NCBI GenBank assembly: GCA_951406725.2
Contig: OX597833.1
Coordinates: 43,772,001-43,836,000 of the forward strand
Length of the DNA stretch: 64,000 nucleotides
Origin: Octopus vulgaris
Lineage: Eukaryota
Direction of reading: 5' to 3'
Within the stretch, counting starts at the first letter, position 1; each line of letters opens with the position of its first letter. This document shows positions 26,389-40,126 of this stretch, piece by piece. The translations under genes were made by a program, and so were the position numbers. Below the pieces are notes generated by a model. The model searched no databases, was not told the origin of the DNA, and saw only the letters and a program-made list of their open reading frames with translations.

Positions 26389-26757
26389 TAGGTGAGTATA
26401 AATGGGGAGAGGAGAAAGGGAAGTATGGTAGCTTGTTTGTAAATGAAAAGTTTGTGGGAAGTGAAATAGGAAAAGAAAGCAAAACAGATATAGAAATACT
26501 GTTAGCTGCAGTGAGCAAAGTAGGTGAAATCATCAACTTCATTGATGATGTCTCCTGTGCTGTTAGTGATGGATCCTTGTTGACTGTGTGTAATGAACTT
26601 TGATTAACTAAGATTAACAAGTTGTCCAACAATAGAGTGCAAGGGAGAAATTCAAAAGCAGTAGAAAGAGAAAGAGGGCTCGATAAAGTAGGAGGAAGCA
26701 AAAACAAAAGAATACGTTGAGGTAGATTGAGTGGGAGGAGAAAATATCTGATTTGTT

Positions 26758-26807
<50 letters not shown>

Positions 26808-26808
<1 letters not shown>

Positions 26809-27468
26809 ACCTACAAGGGGCTAAATACAGAGAGGACAAACAAGGACAGACAAATGGATTAAGTCGATTATATCGACTCCAGTGCGTAACTGGTACTTGT
26901 TTAATCGACCCCGAAAGGATGAAAGGCAAAGTCGACCTCGGCGGAATTTGAACTCAGAACGTAACGGCAGACGAAATACCTATTTCTTTACTACCCACAA
27001 GGGGCTAAACATAGAGAGGACAAACGGATTAAGTCGATTATATCGACTCCAGTGCGTAACTGGTACTTATTTAATCGACCCCGAAAGGATGAAAGGCAAA
27101 GTCGACCTCGGCGGAATTTGAACTCAGAACGTAACGGCAGACGAAATACCTATTTCTTTACTACCCACAAGGGGCTAAACACAGAGAGGACAAACAAGGA
27201 CAGACAAACGGATTAAGTCGATTATATCGACTCCAGTGTGTAACTGGTACTTGTTTAATCGACCCCGAAAGGATGAAAGGCAAAGTCGACCTCGGCGGAA
27301 TTTGAACTCAGAACGTAGCAGCAGACGAAATACCTATTTCTTTACTACCCACAAGGGGCTAAACACAGAGGGGGCAAACAATGACAGACAAACGGATTAA
27401 GTCGATCATATCGACTCCAGTGCGTAACTGGTACTTAATTTATCGACCCCGAAAGGATAAAAAGCAAA
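26808..27468 (-). mobile_element. SINE family 2 tandem array, about four head-less bodies
   Basis: Three gaaatacctatttc junctions; 5' truncated. Confidence 0.9.
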
Positions 27469-27858
27469 CGATGTACAGAACGGGTGTATATTTTATACAT
27501 CATAACAAGAAAACGAAGTATTGAACGTACATGAATGCAAGTAGAATTGAGTGACTTTTTTTAAAGAAAAAAAAAAAAAAAAGGAAGAAACAGCTCATAT
27601 ACTACAGCTTAATCCTCTTGAACAACGCCACCGCTTTCCATCAGTTTTTCGCGTACTGCCGAGTAATGGTACAGGATCTAAGATATATTAACTGTCTTGG
27701 CCATAATGTGTCGAGGTGCAAACCAGAGAAAGACATTTTCGGTAAGGTGCGTTGCTGAATATTGTGCCCTCAACAGTAGACCTTAATTACTCTTTTTAAA
27801 ATGCTTAAAATATCACTTGGAAATACAGAACTAGATGCTTGTGGACATGGCGTGATCA

Positions 27859-28015
27859 GAGTGGCTGTGTGGTAAGTAGCTTGCTAACCAACCAGATGGT
27901 TCCGGGTTCAGTCCCACTGCGTGGCATCTTGGACAAGTGTCTTCAGCTATAGCCCCGGGCCTACCAATGCCTTGTGAGTAGATTTGGTAGACGGAAACTG
28001 AAAAGAAGCCTGTCG

Positions 28016-28049
<34 letters not shown>

Positions 28050-28292
28050 TGTATGTATGTGTGTGTATTTGTGTGTCTGTGTTTGTCCCCCTAGCATTGC
28101 TTGACAACCGATGCTGGTGTGTTTACGTCCCCGTAACTTAGCGGTTCGGCAAAAGAGACCGATAGAATAAGTACTGGGCTTACAAAGAATAAGTTCCCCG
28201 GGGTCGATTTGCTCGACTAAAAAGGCGGTGCTCCAGCATGGCCGCAGTCAAATGACCGAAGCAAGTAAAAAAGTAAAAAGAGAGAGTAAGAG
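27859..28292 (+). mobile_element. SINE family 1
   Basis: Homologous to other family-1 copies; internal (TATG)n. Confidence 0.9.
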
Positions 28293-28630
28293 TATTGCAC
28301 TGTCGTTGCTTCCGGCGCAATTTTGTTTCACTTCTTACGTAATTAAACTAATTAAACTTCACATTAACGGAGTCCTCTTAAGAGTACTTACAATGAGAAC
28401 AAAGATAGAAATTGTCCAAATGAATGCATACAGTTCTTGAGAAGTTCAATGCTTGAGAGAAAACCCTCGCCGTTTTAACTGCAAAACCTTTGAATATTTT
28501 CCATATGACTTGAATCCATTTGAATTAACACTTCCGTTTGATTCGTACTCATAAGATTCTTTTTCATTGGTTATGATAACATGTGATGCCACATGATGCA
28601 CTGATGTGACAACGGAATCAGTATTAATCA

Positions 28631-29104
28631 AAACCAGCCGGGCTCTTAATACTTTGTAACTGCTATGTTTTTCGTTTTCGGTGTTTTACCAGTATCCCCA
28701 TTTATCTTTGGTTACATAGAACAAATTATACTGCTGATGATAACGATATGATAATGATAAATGGTGTAAATGGCTATAATGAATATGCAAGTTACATAGA
28801 ACAAATTATACTGCTGATGATAACGATATGATAATGATAAATGGTGTAAATGGCTATAATGAATATGCAAGAACATGTACGCACACCGTATTCAGGCACA
28901 AACAAACTCATAAAATATATGAATACTTGGCATGTTTAGAAACCAGCCGGGCTCTTAATACTTTGTAACTGCTATGTTTTTCGTTTTCGGTGTTTTACCA
29001 GTATCCCCATTTATCTTTGGTTACATAGAACAAATTATACTGCTGATGATAACGATATGATAATGATAAATGGTGTAAATGGCTATAATGAATATGCAAG
29101 AACA
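28631..29104. repeat. Perfect local duplications A-B-B-x-A-B (A and B each ~80 bp)
   Basis: 28711-28790 equals 28791-28870; 28631-28790 equals 28940-29099. Confidence 0.9.
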
Positions 29105-29159
29105 AAGCGGACAACATTTTCACAGGTACAAACTAATGGTCACCAAAATAGCAAACATT

Positions 29160-29502
29160 CTTTCTACTATAAGCATAAGATATGAAGTTTGGAGGATGGG
29201 AGTGGTTGATTATATTAACCCAAATACTTGACTGGTACTTATTATTTTTTCTTTACTACCCACAAGGGGCTAAACACAGAGGGGACAAACACGGACAGAC
29301 AAAGGGATTAAGTCGATTACATCGCCCCAAGTGCGTAACTTGTACTTAATTTATCGACTCCGAAAGGATGAAAGGCAAAGTCGACCTCAGCGGAATTTGA
29401 ACTCAGAACGTAACGACAGACGAAATACCGCTAAGCATTTTGCCCGGCACGCTAACGTTTCTGCCAGCTCGCCGCCTTTCGATTCTGTCAGTTCGTCACC
29501 TT
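29160..29502 (-). mobile_element. Old family-2 SINE (alternative tail) interrupted by a young family-2 copy (~29245-29478)
   Basis: Outer 16-bp TSD caaaatagcaaacatt (29144-29159, 29503-29518); two successive head remnants. Confidence 0.8.
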
Positions 29503-29886
29503 CAAAATAGCAAACATTAAAAATGTATCGACATTTTAACTTTTACTGGGTTCAGATATTAAAATGCGACCATGCTGGGGCACCGTCTTAAAGGTATTTA
29601 CTCGATTACATCGACCCAGATACAGGTTGAACCCCAGTAATTCGATATTACTAATCAGGCAGCTTCGATGATTCGGATCGATGATGGGAATCTGGCAAGC
29701 ATTAGTTTTCATGACGGCCGATAGGTTAGTTTTGGGGTTTCATATTGCTTGTGTAGCGGTGATTCGAAACCGAATCACTGGATACGCGGTCAGACATCAT
29801 GAGCAAATCACCAGTTTTACGTGATAAGTCTATTAACCGACCAATCGGCGTGAAGCGATTGTTTTTCATATCTGTATGTTTTAAAA

Positions 29887-30196
29887 ATGTGGAGGTGCAA
29901 TGGCCCAGTGGTTAGGGCAGCGGACTCGCGGTTTCGATTCCCAGACCGGGCGTTCTGTGTGTTTATTGAACGAAAACACCTAAAGTTCCATGAGACTCTG
30001 GCAGGGGGTGGGTGGCAACCTCTGTTGTACTCTTTCGCCCCAACTTTTTGTCACTCTTTCTTCCTGTTTTTTGAGTAACGCTATGATGGACTGGCGTCCC
30101 GTCCAGCTGGGGGGGAACACATACGCCATAGAAACAGGGAAACCGGGCCCATGAGCCTGGCTAGGATTGAAAAGGGCGCATAAATAAAATAAATAA
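29887..30196 (+). mobile_element. tRNA-derived SINE with V-domain-like motif (family 3)
   Basis: aatggcccagtggttagggc head, gatggactggcgtcccgtccag motif, TSD atgttttaaaa. Confidence 0.85.
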
Positions 30197-30199
30197 ATG

Positions 30200-31500
30200 T
30201 TTTAAAATTCACCTTTTCGTAAACTTTAGAATTTTTCGTAGTAGCGCTTTTATCATTATTGTTATTCCAAGATTTTTTTTCCTCTGCTCGAGAGCAGTTT
30301 GTCGAATATAGACTTAATCTTTCTCGCGAACATAGGCTCGGCTGAGGATTTACATGATGATGCGTTTGAGTTTGGAGTAACTATATGCTTTTAGAAATTT
30401 TATTAATGCCGGGTCGTCAATTCTTCCGTTGTTCGCTTTTCTTAACGCCCTCTTGAACGTGTTCACGAACCGTTCCGCCTGACCATTTGACCGTGGGTGA
30501 TATGGTGGTGTGGTTAGATGATCAATTTGGAACATCTGGCAGAAATCTCTGAATTGAGATCCTGTATCCGGTATACTATATCGAGCAAATATCTCGTGGA
30601 GGAAATCAATTATTGCAGATGATGTAGGATTTCTACATTTACATATTTACGGCCATTTTGTGTAGCTTTTCACTACTACAAGAAAATAGTTTCCATATAG
30701 TGGGCCTGCGAAGTCTGTGTGAAGCCTGGACCACAGTGTCTCAGTCTTTAGCCACGTTAAAGTAGGTGATTTCGTTGTCAGAGCACAGCCTCTGCAGAAC
30801 CTTACAAAATTTTCGATATCTTTATCCATTTTCGGCCAATACATATATAACTTTTCATAAGTGCTTTCATGCGTTACATACCTGGATGTCTAGCGTGAAA
30901 TTTTTTACAGAATTCTTTTTTGCAGTGTAAATGGTACTGCAATCTTCTGTGCGTACATTAGTATGTTGTCGCACACAGAATATGAGTTCGAATTTAAATT
31001 TTCAGTCCGGCGTGAATTTACTATATTTTCTTTCAAGGTGACTTTTATTCTATTTATAAAGTCATCTTTCGCTGCTTTGGCTTTAATTTCTTCAAGTTCA
31101 CAGACAATTCATTAATCACGTTACACAAAATGCTTTTTATCTCCGTTTCAGCTCTTAACGATGCAATTACACTTTCTTCGAACGGTTCAGCCTTTTTTTT
31201 AGGTATTATCCAAAATAACCCATCTACGTGGCTGAATGTTTTTGAGGGGAGGTATTCCATTTTGAAATTGTTGCTCAACAAAATGGTTCCCTGGCAGTAT
31301 GTGCTGGAATGCTCTTCATAGAGCTAAATATTCAATAAGGGGCGATGATCGGCTTGCAGACAAAATCTTCTGCCATGGATGAATTTATGAAACATTTTAC
31401 AGCATAAATGATAGCCAAAGCTGCTTTCTCAGTCTGGCTGTAATTCATCACAGCGGACAATAGTGTACGTGATGCATGTACTATTTATTTTCTCGCCACC
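30200..31500 (-). mobile_element. Degenerate Gypsy/Ty3 pol (RNase H + integrase)
   Basis: HASRTL..NYSQTEKAALAIIYAVK (RNase H), YWPKMDKDIENFVRFCRGC (HHCC), WSRLHTDFAGP and TTPPYHPRSNGQAERFVNTFK (integrase core). Confidence 0.9.
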
Positions 31501-31502
31501 TA

Positions 31503-32441
31503 CCGTAAATCGTCGAGTATAGTCCTCCCCTGAGTATAATACGGAGGGGATTTTTAGGGGGCTGTACCTCTGAAAAACCTAAACCTTGTGTATAATACGC
31601 ACCCCTTCTCTAACTTGAGTCAAAAAGGTCTATAATACGTCCTTGGCTTGTAAAAATGTATACGGTAACGTCCTTTATTATTATTGTATATATAACATAA
31701 TGCAAGCGTGTAGCGTTTTTGTGCATTTTGTTTGCAGAAAATAAATAAAGAAAAAAACAGTAATAACGTCAGTGAAAAATAAATATTAAGTAAATTGCCT
31801 TTACATATTTATCACTATCAGTTACAAAAGCAAAAGCAAAAACATTTATTCAAATCCTTCAAATTCAACGTCACTTTCAGCATCAAATAACTATTCCATG
31901 TCAGCATCATTGCATTGTAAATTTCCGTCATCGTCAGATTCATAGTCAACATCAGAAGATTCACTTTCATTTATTTCATCTTTCCATACAAAGTCATCCT
32001 GAGTACCATCCAGTGCAGACGATATACAACATTCGATAAAACTTTTCACAATAATCTGGGGATCAAGTTCATTCCATGCATACACGATCCATTTGCATAT
32101 CAAAGTCAGGTCGGGAGCGCGAAATAGGTTTGTAAATATGTTTGCAAAATGTCTTTGTTACATGTTATTTTGTGTTCTGAATACTTTTATTTTAATAAAT
32201 GTTACTTACTGCAAGTTATGGATGATTCTTTTATGACTTCATTGCTTTCAGGCTTAGCTTAAGGTATTTCCGCGCCCGACATCACAAAATGCGTCTGAAT
32301 AAACATTGCCGGACAGCAAATAGAGACTCGGACATTGCTTAGAAAATATTTTTCATTTTTAACCTCGTATATAGTACGCACTAAGGATTTTGACCTATAA
32401 ATTTTGGGGGAAAAATGCGGATTATATTCGAGAATTTACGG
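31503..32441 (-). mobile_element. Internally deleted pogo/Tigger-type DNA transposon inserted in the Gypsy relic
   Basis: TIR ccgtaaat.gtcgagtata / tatattcgagaatttacgg with TA TSD; WIVYAWNELDPQIIVKSFIECCISSALDGTQDD is a pogo DDE C-terminus. Confidence 0.85.
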
Positions 32442-32948
32442 TATTTGAAATCATTACATTGCAAGTATTACATCATCATTTCGTATTGCTACATTATATT
32501 TAGCAGTAGAAATTGGCCACCACAGTTGTTGTTGTTGTTGTTGAAGTTGTGGGAACCCAAAACATCGTCAGGAGGCAGGTCCTTTTTTTTCAAGAAATAT
32601 TTTCTCAGATTTGACTGAGATTGCTAATAAAATAACTGGATAATTTTTTTCTTTTTTTGTATTTAACAATCAATATTCTTTTTGTATCTAATCGGTTTGG
32701 CTGCAGTCAAAACGACTAGATCCTTCTTCTCTCTGTCGGATACTAAGTTAATATGTTCTCACACTAAAGCCAAATTTGATAATTTTAAATTTTTAGGAAA
32801 ATGATGTCTAAAATGGAGTAAAATGATTAATGCCTAATTTCAGTAATCTCTTCTCTTTAACATAAATGGTGAGTAAATATATCACGAAGAGGACACTCCG
32901 GCAGATCCTGAAGATGCTATAGCTAATGAAAAAGAAACACTCAACACA

Positions 32949-33522
32949 GGCGTAGGAGTGGCTGTGTGGTAAGTAGCTTGTTTACCAACCACATGGCTCC
33001 GGGTTCAGTCCCACTGCGTGGCACCTTGGGCAAGTGTATTCTACTATAGCCTCGGGCCGACCAAAGCCTTGTGAGTGGATTTTGTAGACGGAAACTGAAA
33101 GAAGCCCATCGTATATATGTATGTATATATATATATGTGTGTGTGTGTGTCTGTGTTTGTCCCCTCCCCCAACATCGCTTGACATTGGGCAAGTGTCTTC
33201 TACTATAGCCTCGGGCCGACCAAAACCTTGTGAGTGGATTTGGTAGATGGAAACTGAAAGAAGCCTGTTGTATATATGTAAATATATATATATGTGTGTG
33301 TGTGTGTGTTTGTGTGTCTGTGTTTGTCCCCCCGACATCGCTTGACAACCGATGCTGGTGTGTTTAGGGTCCCCGTAACTTAGCGCTTCGGCAAAAGAGA
33401 CCGATAGAATGAGTACTACGCTTACAAAGAATAAGTCCTGGGGGTCGATTTGCTCGACTAAAGGCAGTGCTCCAGCTTGGCCGCAGTCAAATGACTGAAA
33501 CAAGTAAAAGAGTAAAAGAGTA
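32949..33522 (+). mobile_element. SINE family 1 with internal tandem duplication
   Basis: Segment ttgggcaagtg...acatcgcttgaca occurs twice. Confidence 0.9.
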
Positions 33523-33805
33523 ATGCTGTAAACACATTTCATTTCGGTTCACGCCTACATATGTACACACAACGAGCTTCTTTCAGTTTCCATTAACCAA
33601 ATCCATTCACAAAGTCTTGATTGACCCGAAGCTACACTGTAAGACATATGCCCAGGGTGACACGCAATGTGAATGAACCCGACACTATGTGGTTGTGAAG
33701 CATACGTCTTTCCGTACAGCCACGCCTGCGCCTAACTTCTTACTACACAATAAACACACATAAGCACTCATAGAATTACATACAAATACACATACATACA
33801 CATAT

Positions 33806-34037
33806 ATTTCTTTACTACCCACAAGGGGCTACACACAGAGAGGACAAACAAGGACAGACAAACGGATTAAGTCGATTACATCGACCCCAGTGCGAAACTG
33901 GTACTTTATTTATCGACCCCGAAAGGATAAAAGGCAAAGTCGACCTCGGCGGAATTTGAACTCAGAACGTAACGGCAGACGAAATACGGCTACGCATTTC
34001 GTCCGGCGTGCTAACGTTTCTGCCAGCTCGCCGCCTT
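33806..34037 (-). mobile_element. SINE family 2 monomer
   Basis: TSD acatacatacacatat. Confidence 0.9.
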
Positions 34038-34615
34038 ACATACATACACATATGTCACAATGACCAAACATATGACGTTATTTGTGAGAAATGCGGGCGT
34101 CAAATAAGACAATAAACCTATTTTCAGTGATGCAATGTGTATCGACAACTAGATCGGACAACTGACTGGCATACTAAACAAAACTAAATACTAAACGTCG
34201 AATTGCGACATATTATGCAATATCAAGAATTAAGTATTGTAAAAAAGAAATAGATAAAAAGTATTTGTTTCATTCATGTAACACTCGAGTCATATCAAAT
34301 TGATGAATTTGTTAATTTTATCTATATAGTCGACATACATACACACATACATATATTATACGTACATACATACTGGCGCGCAAACAATCAAGGCTAGAGA
34401 TGGGAACGATGACCTCCCTCGCAAATACTAATCGGACCACAGATTGTGTGTCGTTGGCCAACTGGAGATGTCTTCCGGGGGCTAAAAACAAACAGTAACA
34501 ACATCCGCTATAGGACCACCACATTTAGTTGGCAAATATATTTTACGATATATAAGCGAGAAGTTGAGGTTATAAGTGATAAATGGTGTCATTGAGACCC
34601 AAATGTGTCAGGTAA

Positions 34616-34999
34616 TCTCTCTCTATATAAACGGCAGTTTGTCTGTGCGTGTTTCTGTGTGTCTGTTTGCTTGTACCCTCACTCTGACCACGGCTTTCAA
34701 CCGATTCTGATGAAACTTGACACACACATAGCCCAATGTCATAATTCAAAACTAACGCAGCGAAAATTTTGAAAAGTTACCCCAGTTCAGAAAAAGATCG
34801 ATAAATTCGACATGGGGTCGACAATCAGAAACACAAACCGCAGATGGTCTAGGGGACGCAACTCGGCCTTTTTAACTATCAAAAAAATTTACCATCATTT
34901 TTTTCCCATTTTTTTTGCTATTTTTTGGCTATAACTCTCTAAAAGTGCTTTATAGTTATTTCCCTTACAAACCCGAGCAACGCCGGGCGATACTGCTAG
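34616..34999 (+). mobile_element. Non-autonomous Helitron
   Basis: 5' TC, 3' hairpin cccgagcaacgccggg then CTAG, inserted between A and T, no TSD; related copy at 61445-61884. Confidence 0.85.
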
Positions 35000-35027
35000 T
35001 ACTGAATAAGTGGTATAGACAGACGTT

Positions 35028-35029
35028 TG

Positions 35030-35107
<78 letters not shown>

Positions 35108-35322
35108 CTCTTTACTCTTTTACTTGTTTCAGTCATTTGCCTGTGGCCATGCTGGAGCACCACCTTTAGTCGAACAAATCGACCCCAGGACTTACTCTTT
35201 GGATGCCAAGTATTTATTCTATTGGTGTTCTTTGCCGAACCACTAAGTTACGAGCACGTAAATACACCAACATCAGTTGTTAAGCGATGGTGGGGGACAC
35301 ACACACAGACATACAAATACAT

Positions 35323-35381
<59 letters not shown>

Positions 35382-35425
35382 ACGGGCTTCTTTCTGTTTC
35401 CGTCAACCAAATCCACTCATAAGGC
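35028..35425 (-). mobile_element. (TATC)n tract followed by partial SINE family 1
   Basis: Direct inspection and homology to family 1. Confidence 0.8.
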
Positions 35426-35749
35426 TTATTTTTTCAGAATCCAAATCTATCTATTTTATTTCTGTGTAATTAAATTTTGAGAATTTCAAATGATGGTATA
35501 ATTTATTATTTTAATTTTCTAGGTGTTTGGTGTTATTTAGGGTTAATATGTTTTATTTTCAATATATTAATTGTATCTATTTAATAGGGGTATGATTCTG
35601 TATGTATCACATGTACAGCGTTAGATTTTAATTAGTGATTTCTTCCAATTAGTGAGTGTACATTTCACTTACGTTTATTTTAATTAATTTAATTTCATCA
35701 GTGTTTTTACTTACATATAATTCATTTAAAATTATTAGATATACATATA

Positions 35750-35982
35750 TATTTCTTTACTATCCACAAGGGGCTAAACACAGAGGGGACAAACAAGGAC
35801 AGACAAAGGGATCAAGTCGATTACATCGACCCCAGTGCGTAACTGGTACTTAATTTATCGACCCCGAAAGGATGAAAGGTAAAGTTGACCTCGGCGGAAT
35901 TTGAACTTGGAACGTAACGGCAGACGAAATACGGCTACGCATTTCGCCCGGCGTGCTAACGTTTCTGCCAGCTCGCCGCCTT
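35750..35982 (-). mobile_element. SINE family 2 monomer
   Basis: TSD attagatatacatata. Confidence 0.9.
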
Positions 35983-36059
35983 ATTAGATATACATATACA
36001 CACACATACTCTCACATATTATCATTATATCCATATATATACACATACACACACACATA

Positions 36060-37670
36060 TATCGTTATATCCATCCACTGATGTTGATTTTGCTGTGGAG
36101 AAATGTGTGGAGGTGATCAGCGAGAGCGATTTGGAGTTTCGTGGTGTTGACACAGAAGGACTGGGCCTTGTCCTGAGACTGACCTGTGACAACGGTCACT
36201 TAGATTAACATGACCTTAGTTCTTTCTGCTCTATTAGATCGGTAAGCGGTAGATCCCCAGCTATAGCTTCTATGGCCAGGAAGACCACTAGAGAGAAATG
36301 GAACGGGTGAACCAGAGCTATACGGATCCCCGAAAATGATAATCAGGTTACAAAGATGGTCGCACATGCAGTGGGTGTGAGTACCATGATCACACTCAAG
36401 GGCCACCTATTTAAGTTTAATAATAAGATATATGCCCAAGACGATGTTGGAACCATCGGTGTCAGTATCGCTGGCCATGTGGTCAACCTATTTAAGATTT
36501 GGTGGGATAGGAGACTCGAAGAAAAATTAGCAGACAACTCCATAACTCTAACCATGTACTCCCGCTATGTTGATATCAACATAGTAGCCAAAGCACCCCT
36601 ACAAGACGATGTTGATGAAGTAGAAGTTAACACTATGGAGAGCATCTGGAACATAGCTAACTACATTCATCAGAGTATCATAGTAATGATAGACTACCCT
36701 AACAATCACCCCAACAATAGGCTACTAGTTTTAAACGCTGACCTCTGGTTAGAAACCAAAATTAATAAGGTCCAGATGCTTCACTCCAGTTATGCCAAAC
36801 CAACCTATGGCCTCTAAATAACTTGCCCACAAGAACACAGCCATGGCTGACAACGCCTAGTTCAATATTTTTATGGCGGACTTGGTGAGAATGACGAGGA
36901 ATGTGTTTCGCATATGCGGCGATCCTATGGAATTGGAAAGACACATACAACACTTCATCCAGTTCTCTGACTATAACCAAAGGACCCAGGGCTAAGTACA
37001 AGGCCATCATAGAGAGTGATGCAAAGAGGATCAGCCCGTTATACAGGAGTAAATCCAGGAACATCACAGAAAGGACCACAAAAAAGATAGATAAGGCCAA
37101 CTCATGGTATGAGAACAAAAAATACCACAGTGTCATGTTCGTTGATGCCATCCATGGCGACGAACTAGCATATCTTTTTAGAAAAACATTAGATAAGGCC
37201 AATCTACGGATAAAAGTAGTAGAAAGGCTTAGTGCCCCTATAAAATCCCTGATCCGTAAAACTTATCCATTCGATAGGTCCCCATGTACAGAGAGCAATT
37301 GTATTGTATGTAGGATGAACCCACAAGTTAACTGTAAAGTTATGAATATAGTGTATTGCTTACAATGTACCGAGGGGCGGTGCAGAAGCATGACAACTAC
37401 TTCCATTGGAGAGACAGCACGCAGCATAGGAGAGCGTATAGGTGACATTGGCGAGAGCCCAAAGAAGAGAAAGGCTCGCAAGTGCTCTGCCAACATGCTC
37501 AAGTAGAACATAGAAGCTTAGTCAATAGAATAGAGGTCAAAATATTACCAATGCATAGAACTGACACGATACTTAGACATATCACAGAGGCTATACACAT
37601 AGCAATAGAGAGACGTAGCCTCAACAGAAAACACGAATGGAACAATAACACCTATCACCACACAACATGA
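36060..37670 (+). mobile_element. Degenerate Penelope-like element (RT + GIY-YIG endonuclease)
   Basis: SLYPS (motif A), GTIGVSIAG (motif B), YSRYVD (motif C); C-terminal CIVC..CKVMNIVYCLQC..C..SIGETARSIGERI. Confidence 0.8.
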
Positions 37671-38084
37671 CGACTAAAGACTAAAGACTGAAGACTGAAG
37701 GGAGAAAAAAAAAAAACAGATACAAACAACGTAATAAACATACAATAGACGTATATGCACATACCTATGATAAATATTTTAAAAAAATAGCGACATTAAA
37801 AAAACTGTACAAAGGGCATGGATACAAATAACATAGGCAGTAAACCCATATACATACACAAACACACATACGGTAACTTCACAGACGGCCGCAACAAAAT
37901 CAACAACACGATTAACAGCAATGGCAACAACAACAACATCTGCCATGATGGCAGCAGCGTGGGCGAACACACAAACACAGTGATTTACAAGACCGGCACA
38001 TAAAGTCGGGTTCAAGGGTAACAGCAGCGGCAACGGAGTAAGGGACGAAGCTGAAAGGAGGGTCATAGTGCTACTAAAAACAAT

Positions 38085-38128
<44 letters not shown>

Positions 38129-38900
38129 TACACACAAACACAGACGCATGCGCATATTAGGATACACACCATAGAAGAACAGGATGGAATAAGCAGAGCA
38201 AGAGCACTCACGAAGACGGAAAGTGTCGCTGAAGAGGTCACAGATGTGTGACGAAAGATTTCCGGATAATGGATATGAGTTAGAATAAGAACAGTAATCA
38301 ACGAATATATAGTGCGTGTATTTATTTGGCAAAAAACCCCCAGAAAAATTACCACCCCGAAATACAAAAACATATTTATTTTTGCTATAAATTTGGGACG
38401 AGAACTAGCCACTGTCCTCCTACGGTCAAACTTCAAATTTTGGCTATTTTTAGAACTGAATTCCAAAGGCAAATAAGCTGATTCACACACTTACATAAGA
38501 AGACACATAGGACAATTCAGCTTCAGTACTAACACACGTTCACACACAGAGAAAATGTATGCTGCTGTCTTAGTCTATAATGAACACTTACTCTATTAGG
38601 ATGTAAAGAAATATGTTGATTTTAGCCCTGAAGAGATCTCTACGTTTCAAATTCATAATGCATTGTTAATTGTAAAATGAATGAAGGTGGTTATTGAAAC
38701 GATCGTTGGACTTATGTAATCGACAGTTATGTAAATAAATTGATTTTGCTGTATTCAATCTCTCCATTTTCTTTATATAATACCTGAAATTATGTTCGCA
38801 TATATCGAATTAGATGACAGCATCTATACGGACTACTGGAACTCCATAATGTGTATAGTACTAGTGTCTAATGAATACTAATGCTAACACAAAGAAATAA

Positions 38901-39119
38901 ATTCCAATATTTTATTATTGAAAACAATGATTGAACAGCGAACTAATATTTCTCCTGCTCCCTAACTTACAGCACTTGGTCTACCAATAAATTCACAGAT
39001 ATATGGATAAACCGGCAGATGCTTGGATCTAAGACATTCTTAGAAGGGCATCTCTTTCTTTACAAAACTTGTGTGTGTGTGTATAGATAGAAACACAAAG
39101 ATATATAGATACCTATCTA

Positions 39120-39161
<42 letters not shown>

Positions 39162-39348
39162 GATCGATCGATCGTATCGTATCTCTCACATCTTATTTGC
39201 GACGTATGAGGCGTCCTTTTTTAATTTGTAACTGTGCTAAAAAAATTGGCCTGCATCCAAGGATGGTAGACCAAGTGCTGTAAGTTAGGGAGCAGGAGAA
39301 TTATTAGTTAGGTGTTCAATCATTGTTTCCAATAATAAGATATTGGAA
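38901..39348. repeat. Inverted repeat (~85-bp arms at 38901-38985 and 39264-39348); right arm continues into a possible GIY-YIG relic on minus strand to ~39780
   Basis: ttctcctgctccctaacttacagcacttggtctacca / tggtagaccaagtgctgtaagttagggagcaggagaa. Confidence 0.75.
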
Positions 39349-39791
39349 ATGAGCCAAAGTATTACAGTCTGTAAGCACAAACTTTGTCTATTTAGGAATG
39401 GTTCTTCAGAGTTCACGTGTGAGCGTGGACTGCTCAGCCATTTCGCACCCCTATTCAAAGGGTAGGTTGTCCTGTGGTCCTGCAAACTGAGGCTCTTTCA
39501 TGCTGAAATCCTCGTGAGATGCCACTTGACATCATATGTATGTTTGAATTTTCTTTGATTATTTTTTAGGTTCTGATTGAGAGAGTTTACACCGGTCGCT
39601 AAGAAAGTGACAAGACTTTGAGTTAAGAGAGTTCCTGGTGTTTGAAAATATGTATTTGAATTCGTGTGTTGGTTGAACTGTCGAAGCATACAGCTATGTG
39701 TATGAATCTATTCACACAAGAATCTCAGATGGAGAATATTTGGAATGTCATACAAATCTTCACTGGGTCACTTATAAGTCGGATATTTTTA

Positions 39792-40092
39792 ATGTATGTA
39801 TGTATGTATGTATGTATGTATGTATGTATGTATGTATGTATGTATGTATGTATGTATGTATGTATGTATGTATGTATGGATGGATGGATGGATGTATGTA
39901 TGTATGTATGTATGTATGTATGTATGTATGTATGCATGCATGCATGCATGTATGCATGTATGTATGTATGTATGTATGTATGTATGTATGTATGTATGTA
40001 TGTATGTATGTATGTATGTATGTATGTATGTATGTATGTATGTATGTATGTATGTATGTATGTATGTATGTATAGATATGTATGTATGTATG

Positions 40093-40126
<34 letters not shown>

